DNA of 51,378 nt, taken from assembly GCA_031549585.1 (NCBI GenBank), contig JAVBPN010000019.1:1-51378 (forward strand). The letters are read 5' to 3'. Under the pieces are notes generated by a model, which saw nothing but the letters and a program-made list of their open reading frames with translations, had not been told where the DNA came from and ran no database searches. Position 1 is the stretch's first letter. The number at the start of each line of letters is the position of its first letter. This stretch comes from Bacteroidales bacterium (GTDB lineage: Bacteria > Bacteroidota > Bacteroidia > Bacteroidales > UBA4181). Of this stretch, positions 34,906-45,629 are shown in pieces. The translations under genes and the position numbers were made by a program.

Positions 34906-36105
34906 TTATTTTACATTTTCGCCCACTTTTCTCTTTAAATTTCCCTTGCCAAATCCTCCCCACATATCAACGATTTTATTTTCAGGGGATATCATTACGT
35001 AATAGGGAATTCCATTGACACCGTAATTGGCTGCCAACCCGCCGTAGGCTTTTGGGTCACGTATATTTACCCACGGCATATCGTGTGTGGCAAGAGCTTC
35101 TTTCCATCTAGTATCAGTATCAAGGCTGATGCTTATTATGGTAAGATTCTCATTATAGGTTTCTGAAATTTCTTTCATTTCGGGCAAGGACATAATGCAT
35201 GGCCCGCAGCCGCTACTCCAGAAGTCAAGAAGTAAATATTTACCCGAATAATCGGAAAGGTGTTTCGTATTTCCGTTTGTATCGGAAAAATCGGTGTCGG
35301 GCATATCATCGCCCACACCGAAAACGGGAGGTGGGAAAAGAATAGCTGTAATATGATAACCCTCAGGTGTGTTCTTATCTTCTTCCGACATTCTTGTATA
35401 TAAGTTTTCGGCCTTTTGACGAAGAATTCCAAGATATTCATCGTCGGTTTTAACCTTCTTCACTTGATACGAGACACCTTTCATTTTTTCAAGCCAAATG
35501 GGAGAAATATCCGTTTTTTCCATGATGTCTACGTTTGCAAAAGATAGAATTACCCGTAGTGAATCACCTACTACATCAAGAGAATCGATAATTTTCATAT
35601 ATGGAAGGGCTTCGTCTCTTGAAGATGCTGTCATGATCTTGGGAAACATAGCGTTTCTTTCGGCTGAAATGCGAGCAATATCACCGATTATATCGCGACT
35701 TTTATTTGTATAACGATTTTGTTCTTTCTGATATGGAACAGAACTTTTCACTTCCCATATCGGGTACATTTTTCCCTTCCCTTTAATTTTTACTTTAATC
35801 CCCGGTGCAACCCAAACGGGTAGTGACATAGACGGAAAACCATCACCTTGTGGGCTGATCATCAGCTGTTCAGGATTGGATATCGCTTCTTCCTTAAAAA
35901 GGAAACGTCCGCTCTTGACCGTATCGTATGCAAAGTATGTACCCACATCGCCGTCCAATCTCACTAAAGCAATCACGGTGCCGTCTTCTATGTCTGATAC
36001 TTTACCTTCAATGAGGAATTCTTTGTCTGAGAGATGATTCGAACATGCAATGCTAAAGAGCGATATGCACACCAATAAACAAAATCTAAAAAATGAATTT
36101 TCCAT
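34906..36105 (-). CDS. TlpA-family thiol:disulfide oxidoreductase lipoprotein (N-terminal DUF4369-like + thioredoxin fold)
   Basis: 399 aa. Lipobox-like LFSIAC|S, CxxC active site DFWSSGCGPC, and GIPYYVMISPENKIV. Confidence 0.8.
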   Translation of the reverse strand: MENSFFRFCLLVCISLFSIACSNHLSDKEFLIEGKVSDIEDGTVIALVRLDGDVGTYFAYDTVKSGRFLFKEEAISNPEQLMISPQGDGFPSMSLPVWVAPGIKVKIKGKGKMYPIWEVKSSVPYQKEQNRYTNKSRDIIGDIARISAERNAMFPKIMTASSRDEALPYMKIIDSLDVVGDSLRVILSFANVDIMEKTDISPIWLEKMKGVSYQVKKVKTDDEYLGILRQKAENLYTRMSEEDKNTPEGYHITAILFPPPVFGVGDDMPDTDFSDTNGNTKHLSDYSGKYLLLDFWSSGCGPCIMSLPEMKEISETYNENLTIISISLDTDTRWKEALATHDMPWVNIRDPKAYGGLAANYGVNGIPYYVMISPENKIVDMWGGFGKGNLKRKVGENVK

Positions 36106-36478
36106 GTACGTACTTTTTAAGAGGTTGTTTAAATTTTCAAAAAATCATGTAAATAATAGGCTGTTAATAAAATAAGTTATTTGACTAAATCTGTTTCGTA
36201 TATTGGTGATCGTCGGTTGAATAATCAAAAAATATAAAAATTTGTCCAATCGACTTAACCGATAGCCAACGGTTAAAGATATAAAAATTTTTTACGAAAT
36301 GTAAACATAGTTTGTGCGAAACAATTAACGCATTGTTTTATATAGCAAAATCGGGGATACAATGGCGTTTGTTGCCTAAGGAATATCCAAAGAGGGACAG
36401 GTTTATTGCTATTTTCGCTGTTGGACGGCAGAAGGCCTGATAGACAGCCAAAGCGTAAAAACAGATTCGAGGAATAAT

Positions 36479-37912
36479 TTAAGCCAACAAAAATGTTTTT
36501 CCTTCATGTTCGAGTTTCAGAATCAATTCACCGAAAAGGGTATTGGCCCAAGCAAACCAACTGCGGGTGAATTTTGAAGGATCATCCTTATGAAACGACT
36601 CATGCATGAATCCCGTGCTGGCATCGGTATCGCGGAGCATACGGATACAGTCTTTGATTTCGTTATCGTTGTTGGTAGTCATCGCTTTCATGATAATGCT
36701 CATCGGCCATATCATATCGTAACCGACATGAGGTCCGCCGATACCTTCACCTGCCTTACCCTTGAAAAAGTAAGGATTATCCGGACTCCAAACAAAACGG
36801 CGAGTATTTTGATAAATCGGATCGTCGGCAGCAACACAGCCCAAGTAGGGCAAAGAAAGCAAACCGGGGACGTTAGCATCATCCATAAACAAACGGTTGC
36901 CGAATCCGTCCACTTCGAAAGCATATATTTTTCCATAATCGAGATGTTCAACAACTGCATATCGATTGATAGCAGCCTGTACCTCGTCAGCCAGATCAAT
37001 GCATGTTTTTGTGAAAGCGCTATCCTTGGTCACCGTTTGCGAAATTTCCGCTAATTGTTTGAGCGAGACTACTGCAAAAAGATTCGAAGGGATAAGAAAT
37101 CCGTAAGTGGTGGCGTCATCGGACGGACGGAATGACGACACGATCAATCCTACGGGCTTCACAGGGTTGCCCCAACCGTTATTGGATAAAGTGTCCAATT
37201 GCCGTTCAGTCTTGCGTTGGAATTTGTAAGGGCCAAGATTGTTTTTACGTTGTTGTTCTTTAAAAGTCTTGACAATCAATGCGGTCGCTTTTTCCCAATC
37301 GTCGGTAAATATTAATGTGTCGCCGGTAGTTTTCCAATATTCGTAGGCCAAATGGACTGTGTAACATAACGAGTCGATCTCCCATTTACGCTCGTGCAAT
37401 TCGGGTTTCATATCGGTGAGATCAGTCATCCACTCACTATGCCCGGGGCCGTCGTTGAATGCGTTAGCATACGGATCGATGAGTACACACTTGGTTTGTC
37501 GGTTGATTACGCCTGCTATCAGCATTCTGAGCGGCTCGTCGTTTTGACAAAGTGGCAGATAAGGGCGGACTTGGGCAGCTGAGTCACGCAACCACATGGC
37601 ATGTATGTCGCCCGTGTAAACAAAAGTGTTGGGTTTTCCGTTCTGCATCCGAAAATTTACCGTAGTATCAAGTGTATTGGGAAAACAGTTTTCAAACATC
37701 ACAGCCAATTTCGGGTCTTTAATTTGCTTTTTTACACGTACAATGGTTTCTTCTACCGCTTTAGAGGTGAAATGCCGTTTACCGGGTTCGGGACGTTTTA
37801 CAGAATCGAAGACTGTCCAAACCATATTATCTGCTGTCGGTCCAAACCCAGAGGACATCAAAGCTGCCATGCTCAGCCCGCTTATCTTGATGAAATTTCT
37901 TCTTGATGTCAT
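36479..37912 (-). CDS. glycoside hydrolase family 125 (exo-alpha-1,6-mannosidase, DUF1237)
   Basis: 477 aa. Twin-arginine signal MTSRRNFIKISGLSMAAL. Motifs are GDIHAMWLRDSAAQ, RKWEIDSLC and WFAWANTLFGE. Confidence 0.8.
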   Translation of the reverse strand: MTSRRNFIKISGLSMAALMSSGFGPTADNMVWTVFDSVKRPEPGKRHFTSKAVEETIVRVKKQIKDPKLAVMFENCFPNTLDTTVNFRMQNGKPNTFVYTGDIHAMWLRDSAAQVRPYLPLCQNDEPLRMLIAGVINRQTKCVLIDPYANAFNDGPGHSEWMTDLTDMKPELHERKWEIDSLCYTVHLAYEYWKTTGDTLIFTDDWEKATALIVKTFKEQQRKNNLGPYKFQRKTERQLDTLSNNGWGNPVKPVGLIVSSFRPSDDATTYGFLIPSNLFAVVSLKQLAEISQTVTKDSAFTKTCIDLADEVQAAINRYAVVEHLDYGKIYAFEVDGFGNRLFMDDANVPGLLSLPYLGCVAADDPIYQNTRRFVWSPDNPYFFKGKAGEGIGGPHVGYDMIWPMSIIMKAMTTNNDNEIKDCIRMLRDTDASTGFMHESFHKDDPSKFTRSWFAWANTLFGELILKLEHEGKTFLLA

Positions 37913-37989
37913 TGTTTGAATGCAACGGAAGTTTATTCCGCTAAAAAAGAAACATTCGCTATGCTTGATTGTTTGCGGATATCTAATTT

Positions 37990-38036
37990 TCTAAAAATGA
38001 AAAACCCGTCGTAAACATAATGCTTACGACGGGTTT
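37990..38036 (-). terminator. rho-independent terminator of dnaK
   Basis: A 13-bp perfect stem, aaacccgtcgtaa (38002-38014) with ttacgacgggttt (38024-38036), encloses a 9-nt loop. On the minus strand it is followed by UUUUCAUUUUU (plus 37991-38001). It lies 24 nt after the dnaK stop. Confidence 0.85.
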
Positions 38037-38059
38037 CTAATGTTGCTTATTATGAGAGA

Positions 38060-39967
38060 TTACTTCACTTCTTCAAAGTCGACGTCGGTTACTTCGTCGT
38101 CATTTTTAGGACCACCGTTATTGTTTGCATAACCTTGGTTTGCACCGGGTTGTCCCTGTTGTTGTGCACCTGCTTTATACATTTCTTCTGAAGCTGCTTG
38201 AAATACAGTGTTCAGTTCTTGCATTGCAGTATCAATTCCGGCCAGGTCTTCTGCCTTATGGGCTTCCTTGAGCTTGCTCAGGGCAGCTTCGATCGGGCCT
38301 TTCTTGTCAGCGGGCAGCTTATCGCCAAAATCTTTCAATTGCTTTTCGGTTTGGAAAATCATGCTATCCGCTTGGTTCAGTTTATCTACCCTTTCTTTGG
38401 CTTTCCGGTCGGTTTCAGCGTTTGCTTCAGCTTCGGCTTTCATTTTTTGGATTTCTTGATCAGTCAATCCGGATGAGGCCTCGATGCGGATGCTTTGTTG
38501 TTTTCCGGTGCCTTTGTCGCGTGCTGATACATTCAGAATGCCATTGGCGTCGATGTCAAATATCACTTCGATTTGAGGAATGCCGCGGGGTGCTGGTGGA
38601 ATGCCGTCCAAGTGGAATCGACCAATGGTTTTGTTACCTCCTGCCATAGGCCGTTCACCTTGCAAAACATGGATTTCTACTGAAGGTTGGTTATCCGATG
38701 CGGTTGAGAATGTTTCGGTTTTCTTTGTCGGAATAGTAGTATTGGACTCAATCAATTTGGTCATTACACCACCCAATGTTTCAATACCGAGTGACAATGG
38801 AGTTACATCAAGTAACAACACATCTTTTACTTCGCCGGTCAACACACCACCTTGAATAGCAGCGCCTATAGCTACAACTTCATCCGGATTGACTCCTTTG
38901 GACGGAGCTTTACCAAAGAATTTTTCCACAATTTGTTGAATAGCAGGGATACGTGTAGACCCACCAACTAAGATCACTTCATTGATCTCTGATGTAGAAA
39001 CACCTGCATCAGCTACTGCCTTTTTACAAGGTTCCAATGTTGCTTGGATCAAATGGTCTGCTAATTTTTCAAACTGTGCCCGGGTCAATGTTTTTACCAA
39101 GTGTTTTGGAATGCCATCAACCGGCATAATATATGGTAAATTGATTTCCGTTTGGGTAGCGCTTGACAGCTCTATCTTTGCCTTTTCGGCTGCTTCTTTC
39201 AAACGTTGCAGAGCCATTGGGTCTTTGCGTAAATCAATTCCTTCATCTTTCTTGAATTCTTCGGCCAGCCAATTAATAATGGTTTGGTCGAAATCGTCAC
39301 CTCCAAGATGTGTGTCGCCATTGGTCGATTTTACTTCAAATACGCCGTCGCCTAATTCGAGGATGGAAATATCGAATGTTCCACCACCCAAGTCGAATAC
39401 AGCGATTTTCATGTCGTGATGTTTCTTATCCAGACCATAAGCCAATGCTGCGGCTGTAGGCTCGTTGATGATACGGCGTACAACTAATCCTGCAATTTCT
39501 CCGGCTTCTTTAGTCGCCTGACGTTGTGAATCACTGAAATAAGCAGGTACTGTAATGACGGCTTCAGTCACTTCCTGACCTAAATAATCCTCGGCTGTTT
39601 TCTTCATCTTTTGAAGGATAATAGCCGATATTTCTTGAGGTGTATATTTTCTGTCGCCGATTTGTACACGAGGTGTATTGTTATCGCCTTTTGTTACCGT
39701 ATAGGTAACATTTGCAATCTCTTTAGAGACTTGATCGTATGTTTCTCCCATAAAACGCTTTATAGAATAAACCGTATTTCTGGGATTAGTTATTGCCTGA
39801 CGTTTTGCCGGGTCACCTACTTTTCTTTCCCCATTGTCGACGAATGCCACAATGGATGGGGTTGTCCTGCGGCCTTCATTATTGGGGATAACAATTGGTT
39901 CGTTTCCTTCCATGACGGCAACACAAGAATTGGTTGTTCCTAAGTCAATGCCTATGATTTTGCCCAT
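38060..39967 (-). CDS. dnaK: molecular chaperone DnaK (Hsp70)
   Basis: 635 aa with [36 protein letters not shown] and an acidic C-terminus DVDFEEVK. Confidence 0.98.
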   Translation of the reverse strand: MGKIIGIDLGTTNSCVAVMEGNEPIVIPNNEGRRTTPSIVAFVDNGERKVGDPAKRQAITNPRNTVYSIKRFMGETYDQVSKEIANVTYTVTKGDNNTPRVQIGDRKYTPQEISAIILQKMKKTAEDYLGQEVTEAVITVPAYFSDSQRQATKEAGEIAGLVVRRIINEPTAAALAYGLDKKHHDMKIAVFDLGGGTFDISILELGDGVFEVKSTNGDTHLGGDDFDQTIINWLAEEFKKDEGIDLRKDPMALQRLKEAAEKAKIELSSATQTEINLPYIMPVDGIPKHLVKTLTRAQFEKLADHLIQATLEPCKKAVADAGVSTSEINEVILVGGSTRIPAIQQIVEKFFGKAPSKGVNPDEVVAIGAAIQGGVLTGEVKDVLLLDVTPLSLGIETLGGVMTKLIESNTTIPTKKTETFSTASDNQPSVEIHVLQGERPMAGGNKTIGRFHLDGIPPAPRGIPQIEVIFDIDANGILNVSARDKGTGKQQSIRIEASSGLTDQEIQKMKAEAEANAETDRKAKERVDKLNQADSMIFQTEKQLKDFGDKLPADKKGPIEAALSKLKEAHKAEDLAGIDTAMQELNTVFQAASEEMYKAGAQQQGQPGANQGYANNNGGPKNDDEVTDVDFEEVK

Positions 39968-39995
39968 ATCTTTTATATTGGTTTAAGTTAAAAAT

Positions 39996-40003
39996 CAAAT
40001 TTA
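39996..40003 (-). promoter_or_regulatory. candidate -7 box (TAAATTTG) for dnaK
   Basis: Plus-strand caaattta lies 29 nt upstream of the dnaK ATG. Confidence 0.4.
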
Positions 40004-40191
40004 AAATCGAAAACAGATAATTCAATGATTGTGCCAGATGGTCTTTTTATACTAAAACATGACATTATGTCACAAAGTTCAAATCTTTATGTAGAAGATA
40101 TCCTAATGGCAAGGTCTAATGATAGTTGATGGGATCTATATAATTGTTTTTGTGTAAGTTATAATGATGTTGTAAATGGAGTCGGTTGAGA

Positions 40192-40218
40192 CCTAACAGG
40201 TCTTCAAGACCTGTTAGG
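40192..40218. repeat. perfect 11-bp hairpin (cctaacaggtc-ttcaa-gacctgttagg) downstream of ffh; terminator or REP-like element
   Basis: Arms are at 40192-40202 and 40208-40218, about 60 nt after the ffh stop. There is no U-run on the minus strand. The 'gacctgttagg / cctaacaggtc' core resembles a dispersed repeat type I recall in Bacteroidota. Confidence 0.45.
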
Positions 40219-40277
40219 ATTTTGCCACTTTTAAAATTTTGGCAATGAAATTTATTTCTACGAAGTTGGACGAAATG

Positions 40278-41609
40278 TTATTTCTGTCGAGGCATATTGC
40301 GCATCATTTGCGACATCTTGTTTTTATCAGTCATCATGCGCATCATTTTGCGGGTTTCGTCAAATTGCTTGATCAAGCGATTTACTTCCTGAATATTGGT
40401 GCCGCTTCCGGTGGCAATGCGTTGACGGCGAGTTCCATTGATAATGGCTGGATTGGATCTTTCAGAAGGAGTCATTGAAAAAATAATGGCTTCAATGCCT
40501 TTGAAAGCATCATCGTCGATGTCCATGTTGCGAATAGCTTTACCTACACCGGGAATCATGCCTGCCAGATCTTTCAGGTTACCCATTTTTTTGATTTGTT
40601 GTATTTGGCTCAAAAAATCATTGAAATCGAATTGATTCTTGGCAATTTTCTTCTGCAACTTGCGTGCTTCAGCTTCGTCATATTGTTCTTGCGCTTTTTC
40701 AACCAAAGATACAATGTCGCCCATGCCAAGGATACGATCGGCCATACGTTCGGGGTGGAAGATATCCAAAGCCTCCATTTTTTCGCCCGAACTGATAAAT
40801 TTGATCGGCTTGTGAACAACTGACATAATGGAAATGGCTGCACCACCGCGTGTGTCACCATCCAATTTGGTGAGTATTACGCCATTGAAGTCCAATCGGT
40901 CATTGAATTCTTTGGCTGTATTTACCGCATCCTGACCGGTCATAGAGTCAACCACAAAGAGTATTTCTTCAGGATTGACGGCTTTTTTAATGGCAGCAAT
41001 TTCGTCCATCATTTCCTGATCCACAGCCAAACGGCCTGCCGTATCGATGATTACGGTGTTAAATCCATGCATTTTAGCATGTTTGATGGCATTTTCTGCG
41101 ATTTGAACCGGATTTTTATTGCCATCTTCCGAATAAACAGGAACACCTACTTGTTCCCCCAATATTTTTAATTGTTCGATAGCTGCCGGACGGTATACGT
41201 CGCCGGCTACCAACAAAGGAGAACGGCCTTTCTTGGTTTTTAAGAAATTAGAAAGTTTCCCACTGAACGTTGTTTTACCGGAACCTTGCAAGCCAGCAAT
41301 TAGAATAATCGCCGGATTCCCTTTAAGACTGATATCGACAGACCGTTCGCCCATAAGCAATGCCAATTCGTCATGTGTGATCTTGATCAACATTTCGCTT
41401 GGTTTCACTGCGGTAAGGACATTCATCCCCAAAGCCTTTTCCTTCACTTTGTCGGTGAAACTTTTGGCAATTGTATAGTTGACGTCGGCATCGAGCAATG
41501 CTCTGCGAACTTCTTTCAGCGTTTCGGCAACATTGATTTCGGTGATGGTTCCTTGCCCTTTCAGTATTTTAAAGGCGCGATCTAATTTGTCAGATAAATT
41601 TTCGAACAT
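40278..41609 (-). CDS. ffh: signal recognition particle protein Ffh
   Basis: 443 aa with GLQGSGKTT, DTAGR, TKLDGD and a Met-rich M domain. Confidence 0.97.
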   Translation of the reverse strand: MFENLSDKLDRAFKILKGQGTITEINVAETLKEVRRALLDADVNYTIAKSFTDKVKEKALGMNVLTAVKPSEMLIKITHDELALLMGERSVDISLKGNPAIILIAGLQGSGKTTFSGKLSNFLKTKKGRSPLLVAGDVYRPAAIEQLKILGEQVGVPVYSEDGNKNPVQIAENAIKHAKMHGFNTVIIDTAGRLAVDQEMMDEIAAIKKAVNPEEILFVVDSMTGQDAVNTAKEFNDRLDFNGVILTKLDGDTRGGAAISIMSVVHKPIKFISSGEKMEALDIFHPERMADRILGMGDIVSLVEKAQEQYDEAEARKLQKKIAKNQFDFNDFLSQIQQIKKMGNLKDLAGMIPGVGKAIRNMDIDDDAFKGIEAIIFSMTPSERSNPAIINGTRRQRIATGSGTNIQEVNRLIKQFDETRKMMRMMTDKNKMSQMMRNMPRQK

Positions 41610-41643
41610 TTCCGGCTTAAAATTTTAATTTTAAAATGTGCGG

Positions 41644-41651
41644 CAAAGTTA
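41644..41651 (-). promoter_or_regulatory. candidate -7 box (TAACTTTG) for ffh
   Basis: Plus-strand caaagtta lies 35 nt upstream of the ffh ATG. The octamer and spacing are the same as for alaS. Confidence 0.4.
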
Positions 41652-41732
41652 TGAAAAATACGATTTATAAAGTACGTATGGTCAGAATTAAGTGACTTGC
41701 TTTCTGTATTTGAAAGGCCTACCAGGTCTTGA

Positions 41733-42977
41733 TTATCCGCGTTCCCACTTACGATAAAAAGATAAAAGGTCGAAATCTGACTGCTTGGGAAATCCAGATA
41801 TTTCAAGTAATTGGTTGGCTGCTTGATGAACCGGTATTTTCGGGAAACACATACTTCCGGTATTCAGATATTTGACTGTCTGAAGGCCATTAAACCAATT
41901 ATAAAATCTTTTTGAAAAAGTTTCTAAAGACGAGCTATTTGCATTGGCCAACTCAATATGTGTTTCATAATTATTTTGTTGGAGATAAGAAAGAAGAGTA
42001 TCAGGCAAGTTTTGGCACAATTCAATGATTTTTATGCGATTTGCTTGATGAAATTTAGGAACAAGCGAAAAGAAACTTTTTAAATGATCAAATAAATCGG
42101 GTGCGTATGTGAATAAGGTTGTTTTATCTTCATTCTCTAACCAACGGCCGATACTTGCCCCTGTTCCAAAAGGAACACGGTCGGAGGGGCGGGGAGAGGG
42201 GATTACCCGTGTGGTATTTATTTCTATATAATTACCTAATGGGATAATTTTTTGCAAGAAGTGGAAATCTTCGCCGGCCTTGCGTTTGTTCATTCCTCCT
42301 TGTTTCAGGTAGGCAGATACACGAACGGCAAAGGAAGAGCCAACCGTATGAAAAGCATATGGAAATCCAGCATAACGCAATGCCTGATTCAAATAGCGCA
42401 AATGTAATTCATACAAGGAAATTCCTATGTAAACAGATTTTGCATATTCTTTTCCTTCTGTAGGGTGTTCAAAATAAATGGAAGCCCCATTGACTTTAGG
42501 ATTTGCAAAGGCTCGTTCTATTTCTATTAAATAATTGCTGTCACATTCCGCATCGGCATCAAATCCGGCAATGACTCCATTGGATACTCCAAATAATCCG
42601 AAACGATATACGGCTTCGTCCATGCCCATTTTACGGGCGAAACCTACTCCTGCATCTTTTTGAGGAATATCCGGTTTATAGATAATGTGGAATTGTAATT
42701 TTTTATCTGTATGTGATGCAATCCAGTTTTGTGCGTCAGACCATGTTTTCTCGTTAAGTCGCTTTGCTTCGTCCGGCGCATTATCCGGATGGTTGATCAC
42801 GACGATTACCTCTGTATATTCAACTGAGCGTTGACAGCGATATAAAGATTGTAATGTCCGCAACAATTGCGGCTCTTTATAACATGGTATAACAATAATC
42901 AAACTTGGCGCTTGTTTTGGCTCAACAGAAAGCGCCGGGATAAATTGATTTTTTGCTAAATAAGTTAAAAAATCCAA
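41733..42977 (-). CDS. family 2 glycosyltransferase
   Basis: 414 aa with SLIIVIPCYKEP and GFDADAE (DxD-like). The start at 42977 is TTG and no nearby ATG exists. It lies 19 nt after the PBP gene stop. Confidence 0.7.
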   Translation of the reverse strand: MDFLTYLAKNQFIPALSVEPKQAPSLIIVIPCYKEPQLLRTLQSLYRCQRSVEYTEVIVVINHPDNAPDEAKRLNEKTWSDAQNWIASHTDKKLQFHIIYKPDIPQKDAGVGFARKMGMDEAVYRFGLFGVSNGVIAGFDADAECDSNYLIEIERAFANPKVNGASIYFEHPTEGKEYAKSVYIGISLYELHLRYLNQALRYAGFPYAFHTVGSSFAVRVSAYLKQGGMNKRKAGEDFHFLQKIIPLGNYIEINTTRVIPSPRPSDRVPFGTGASIGRWLENEDKTTLFTYAPDLFDHLKSFFSLVPKFHQANRIKIIELCQNLPDTLLSYLQQNNYETHIELANANSSSLETFSKRFYNWFNGLQTVKYLNTGSMCFPKIPVHQAANQLLEISGFPKQSDFDLLSFYRKWERG

Positions 42978-42996
42978 ACCTTAAGGACGAATTTCA

Positions 42997-45342
42997 CTAT
43001 TCGTTGTATTCGCTATACTCAGTGACGCCTTCAAATTGTCTTGATATGTCGCAATTCATATCTACATTAAATCCATCCGGACGTTCAAATGGCTCTTGAG
43101 ATAGGCGGATGTTTTTATCGGCATATACTTTTTGCATGAATAATCCGTATATAGGCAAAGCCATGGCCGATCCTTGTCCTAGCCTCATATTATCGAAATG
43201 GATGGAAGGCTCTTCACCACCTACCCATACACCTGCCACCAGATCAGGTGTAATGCCTATGTACCATCCATCAGCGTGTTTTTGAGTAGTCCCTGTTTTT
43301 CCACCCAGAGGCATTTTTAAACCGTAAACGGTACGTAGCCGGGTTGCTGTACCTCCATTGACAACTCCTTCCAATAAATTGGTCATCAAATATGCGGTTT
43401 GTGCACTGATGGCCTCATCTTTGAGTGAAGAAAATCGTTGCAATACATTGCCATTGTTGTCCTCAATACGTGTTACATAGATTGGCTCCGAATAGACGCC
43501 TTTGTTGGGATATACAGCAAAAGCTGCGACCATTTCAGCCAAAGTGATTTCCGGTGTACCTAAAACAATGGATGGCACTGGGTCAATATGGCTGATAATT
43601 CCCATTTTCTTTGCCATTTCAACCACAGCGGCAGGTGAAACCTGTTTCAATAACCATGCGGTAATATTATTTTCAGATGTGGCCAATCCCCACTTCAAGG
43701 TAACCGGTCTATTGAAGTATTCTTTTTTTCCGGAACTTTGGGGAGCCCAAGTACTGTCTCCTACAATAAAAGTTTGTGGCACGTTCAATACTTCAGTGCA
43801 GGGGGTCAATTCTTTTCTGTCCTGCATGGCCAATGTATACAAAAAAGGTTTAAATGTAGAACCCACTTGCCGTTTTTGCATTTTTACCCCATCGTATTGA
43901 AAATGCTTAAAATCAATGCCACCCACGTAAGCTTTCACTTCTCCGGTATGTGGGTTCATAGCCATCATGCTTGCCCGTAGGAAAGCTTTATGATGGCGAA
44001 TCGAGTCCCAAGGGCTCATAATCGTATCCCGGTCTCCATCCCATGTGAAAATAGTCATTTCGCATGGCTCTTTGAAATTTTTAACAATTTCGTTTTGCGA
44101 TAGTCCTTTTGCTCGTAATATTCGGTATCGTTCCGTTTGACGCATGGCCGTCAACATAATGCCTTCTATTTGTTGATCAGTCAGATTGTCAGCAAAAGGC
44201 GCTTTTTTGTGTCCTTTTTTCTCATTGAAGAAGTCCTTTTGCAAGGAATTTTTTAAATGATTTCGAAGCGCTTCTTCTGCATACTTTTGCATCCGGGAAT
44301 CAATAGTCGTATAAATTTTTAACCCATCGACATATAAATTATATGGTGTCTGATCCGGTTTCATGTTCTTATTGCACCAGCCAAACAACGGATTATCCGC
44401 CCATTGTATCGAATCCGCCATAAAGGACTGTGGATTATTTGGGTAGTTGCGTCTTTCTGGCTTCTTTCTATTCATGATGAGTCGGAGGTATTCTCTAAAA
44501 TAAGTTGCAGTTCCCGACTGATGGTCTAACCGTTCAAATTTCAAATTGAGCGGCAATTGCTTGAGCGAATCCAATTGTGCTTTGGTAATGAAATCGTGTT
44601 CCTCCATTTTGGTTAAAACACTATTGCGGCGAACAACGACACGGTCGGGATATTTTACCGGATTATACCAACTAGGCCGTTGCAGCATTCCGACCAGCAT
44701 AGCGGCATCTTCAATTTTCAGGGAATCGACGCTTTGTTGGAAATATGTCTGGGCAGCCGATTTGATACCGAATGCATTGTATCCGAATGGAACAGCATTT
44801 AGGTACATGGTGATAATTTCCTGTTTGGTATATTGCTTTTCAAGCCGTGCGGCAATTACCCATTCCTTAAATTTAATGGTCACCATGTTGGCTTTACGGA
44901 TAAGCCCCCAGCTGTATGTGGTTGTATCTCTTTTGAATAGCTGTTTGGCCAATTGTTGCGTAATGGTACTTCCTCCTCCTTCGTTTCTTCTTTGCAGCAA
45001 TACTGTTTTTACAGCTACACGAAGCAATCCCGTTCCATCGATACCCGAATGAGTTGGGAAACGATGATCTTCTCTGGCAATCAAAGCATTGACCAGGTGC
45101 GGAGGCAGATCCTTATAATCTACATTTGAACGGTTTTCTATTCCTATGTAACCTAACAAGACTCCATCAGCAGAATATACTTCAGATGCCAGATCGGTGC
45201 TGGGATTTTCCAAATGTTCAAACGTCGGCATGAATCCGAACATTCCGCCAGCAATTAACGCGAAAAGAAGAACGATCAGCAGAAATATACCTGCAGCTGT
45301 TCCCCAGAAAATACGAACAAATTTCTTTTTATTGAGAGCCAT
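42997..45342 (-). CDS. mrcA: class A penicillin-binding protein (PBP1A-type transglycosylase/transpeptidase)
   Basis: 781 aa with an N-terminal TM anchor. GT51 motifs are AREDHRF and GGSTITQQ. Transpeptidase motifs are STFKP, TSEN and KTGTT. Confidence 0.92.
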   Translation of the reverse strand: MALNKKKFVRIFWGTAAGIFLLIVLLFALIAGGMFGFMPTFEHLENPSTDLASEVYSADGVLLGYIGIENRSNVDYKDLPPHLVNALIAREDHRFPTHSGIDGTGLLRVAVKTVLLQRRNEGGGSTITQQLAKQLFKRDTTTYSWGLIRKANMVTIKFKEWVIAARLEKQYTKQEIITMYLNAVPFGYNAFGIKSAAQTYFQQSVDSLKIEDAAMLVGMLQRPSWYNPVKYPDRVVVRRNSVLTKMEEHDFITKAQLDSLKQLPLNLKFERLDHQSGTATYFREYLRLIMNRKKPERRNYPNNPQSFMADSIQWADNPLFGWCNKNMKPDQTPYNLYVDGLKIYTTIDSRMQKYAEEALRNHLKNSLQKDFFNEKKGHKKAPFADNLTDQQIEGIMLTAMRQTERYRILRAKGLSQNEIVKNFKEPCEMTIFTWDGDRDTIMSPWDSIRHHKAFLRASMMAMNPHTGEVKAYVGGIDFKHFQYDGVKMQKRQVGSTFKPFLYTLAMQDRKELTPCTEVLNVPQTFIVGDSTWAPQSSGKKEYFNRPVTLKWGLATSENNITAWLLKQVSPAAVVEMAKKMGIISHIDPVPSIVLGTPEITLAEMVAAFAVYPNKGVYSEPIYVTRIEDNNGNVLQRFSSLKDEAISAQTAYLMTNLLEGVVNGGTATRLRTVYGLKMPLGGKTGTTQKHADGWYIGITPDLVAGVWVGGEEPSIHFDNMRLGQGSAMALPIYGLFMQKVYADKNIRLSQEPFERPDGFNVDMNCDISRQFEGVTEYSEYNE

Positions 45343-45629
45343 ATAAAAACGGTTTCGTGACGATCAATACATTTAGTAATGATAAAAATTCTTGTGATTC
45401 CTTATGTAACTATTGATTTGGATTAGATACATAGTTAATCCTATGTCATCGTTTATAAGCATTTAAAAATGCAAATTAAAAAAGTTTCCTTTTAAGGGAT
45501 TTGGTGTCATCCTACATAAAAATCACAAAGATGAGCGCACAAAAGTACAAAATAATTGTCTTAAAATTTTGATCATCCGATACTATTTGTTTTTCTTTGC
45601 ATCGTTTTTGAATAAGCCAATACTTTTTC

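Noticed and set aside
36254-36276. ttaaccg-atagccaa-cggttaa hairpin in the TlpA/GH125 spacer
   Set aside because: The stem is only 7 bp, it is about 200 nt from the GH125 stop and it has no U-tract. No functional call is possible.
32197-36478. Interpretation of the AT-rich block as a mobile element or genomic island
   Set aside because: There is no integrase, transposase, conjugation or phage gene, no tRNA target and no flanking direct or inverted repeats that I could see. It is kept only as a possible accessory region.
38198-39943. Chain of plus-strand ORFs (75-145 aa) opposite dnaK
   Set aside because: These are shadow ORFs of a strongly codon-biased gene. dnaK is intact on the minus strand.
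40060-40072. TGACAT-T-ATGTCA palindrome about 95 nt upstream of dnaK, considered as a heat-shock operator (CIRCE)
   Set aside because: It does not match the CIRCE consensus (TTAGCACTC-N9-GAGTGCTAA). A 6-bp-arm palindrome in 300 nt of AT-rich DNA is plausible by chance.
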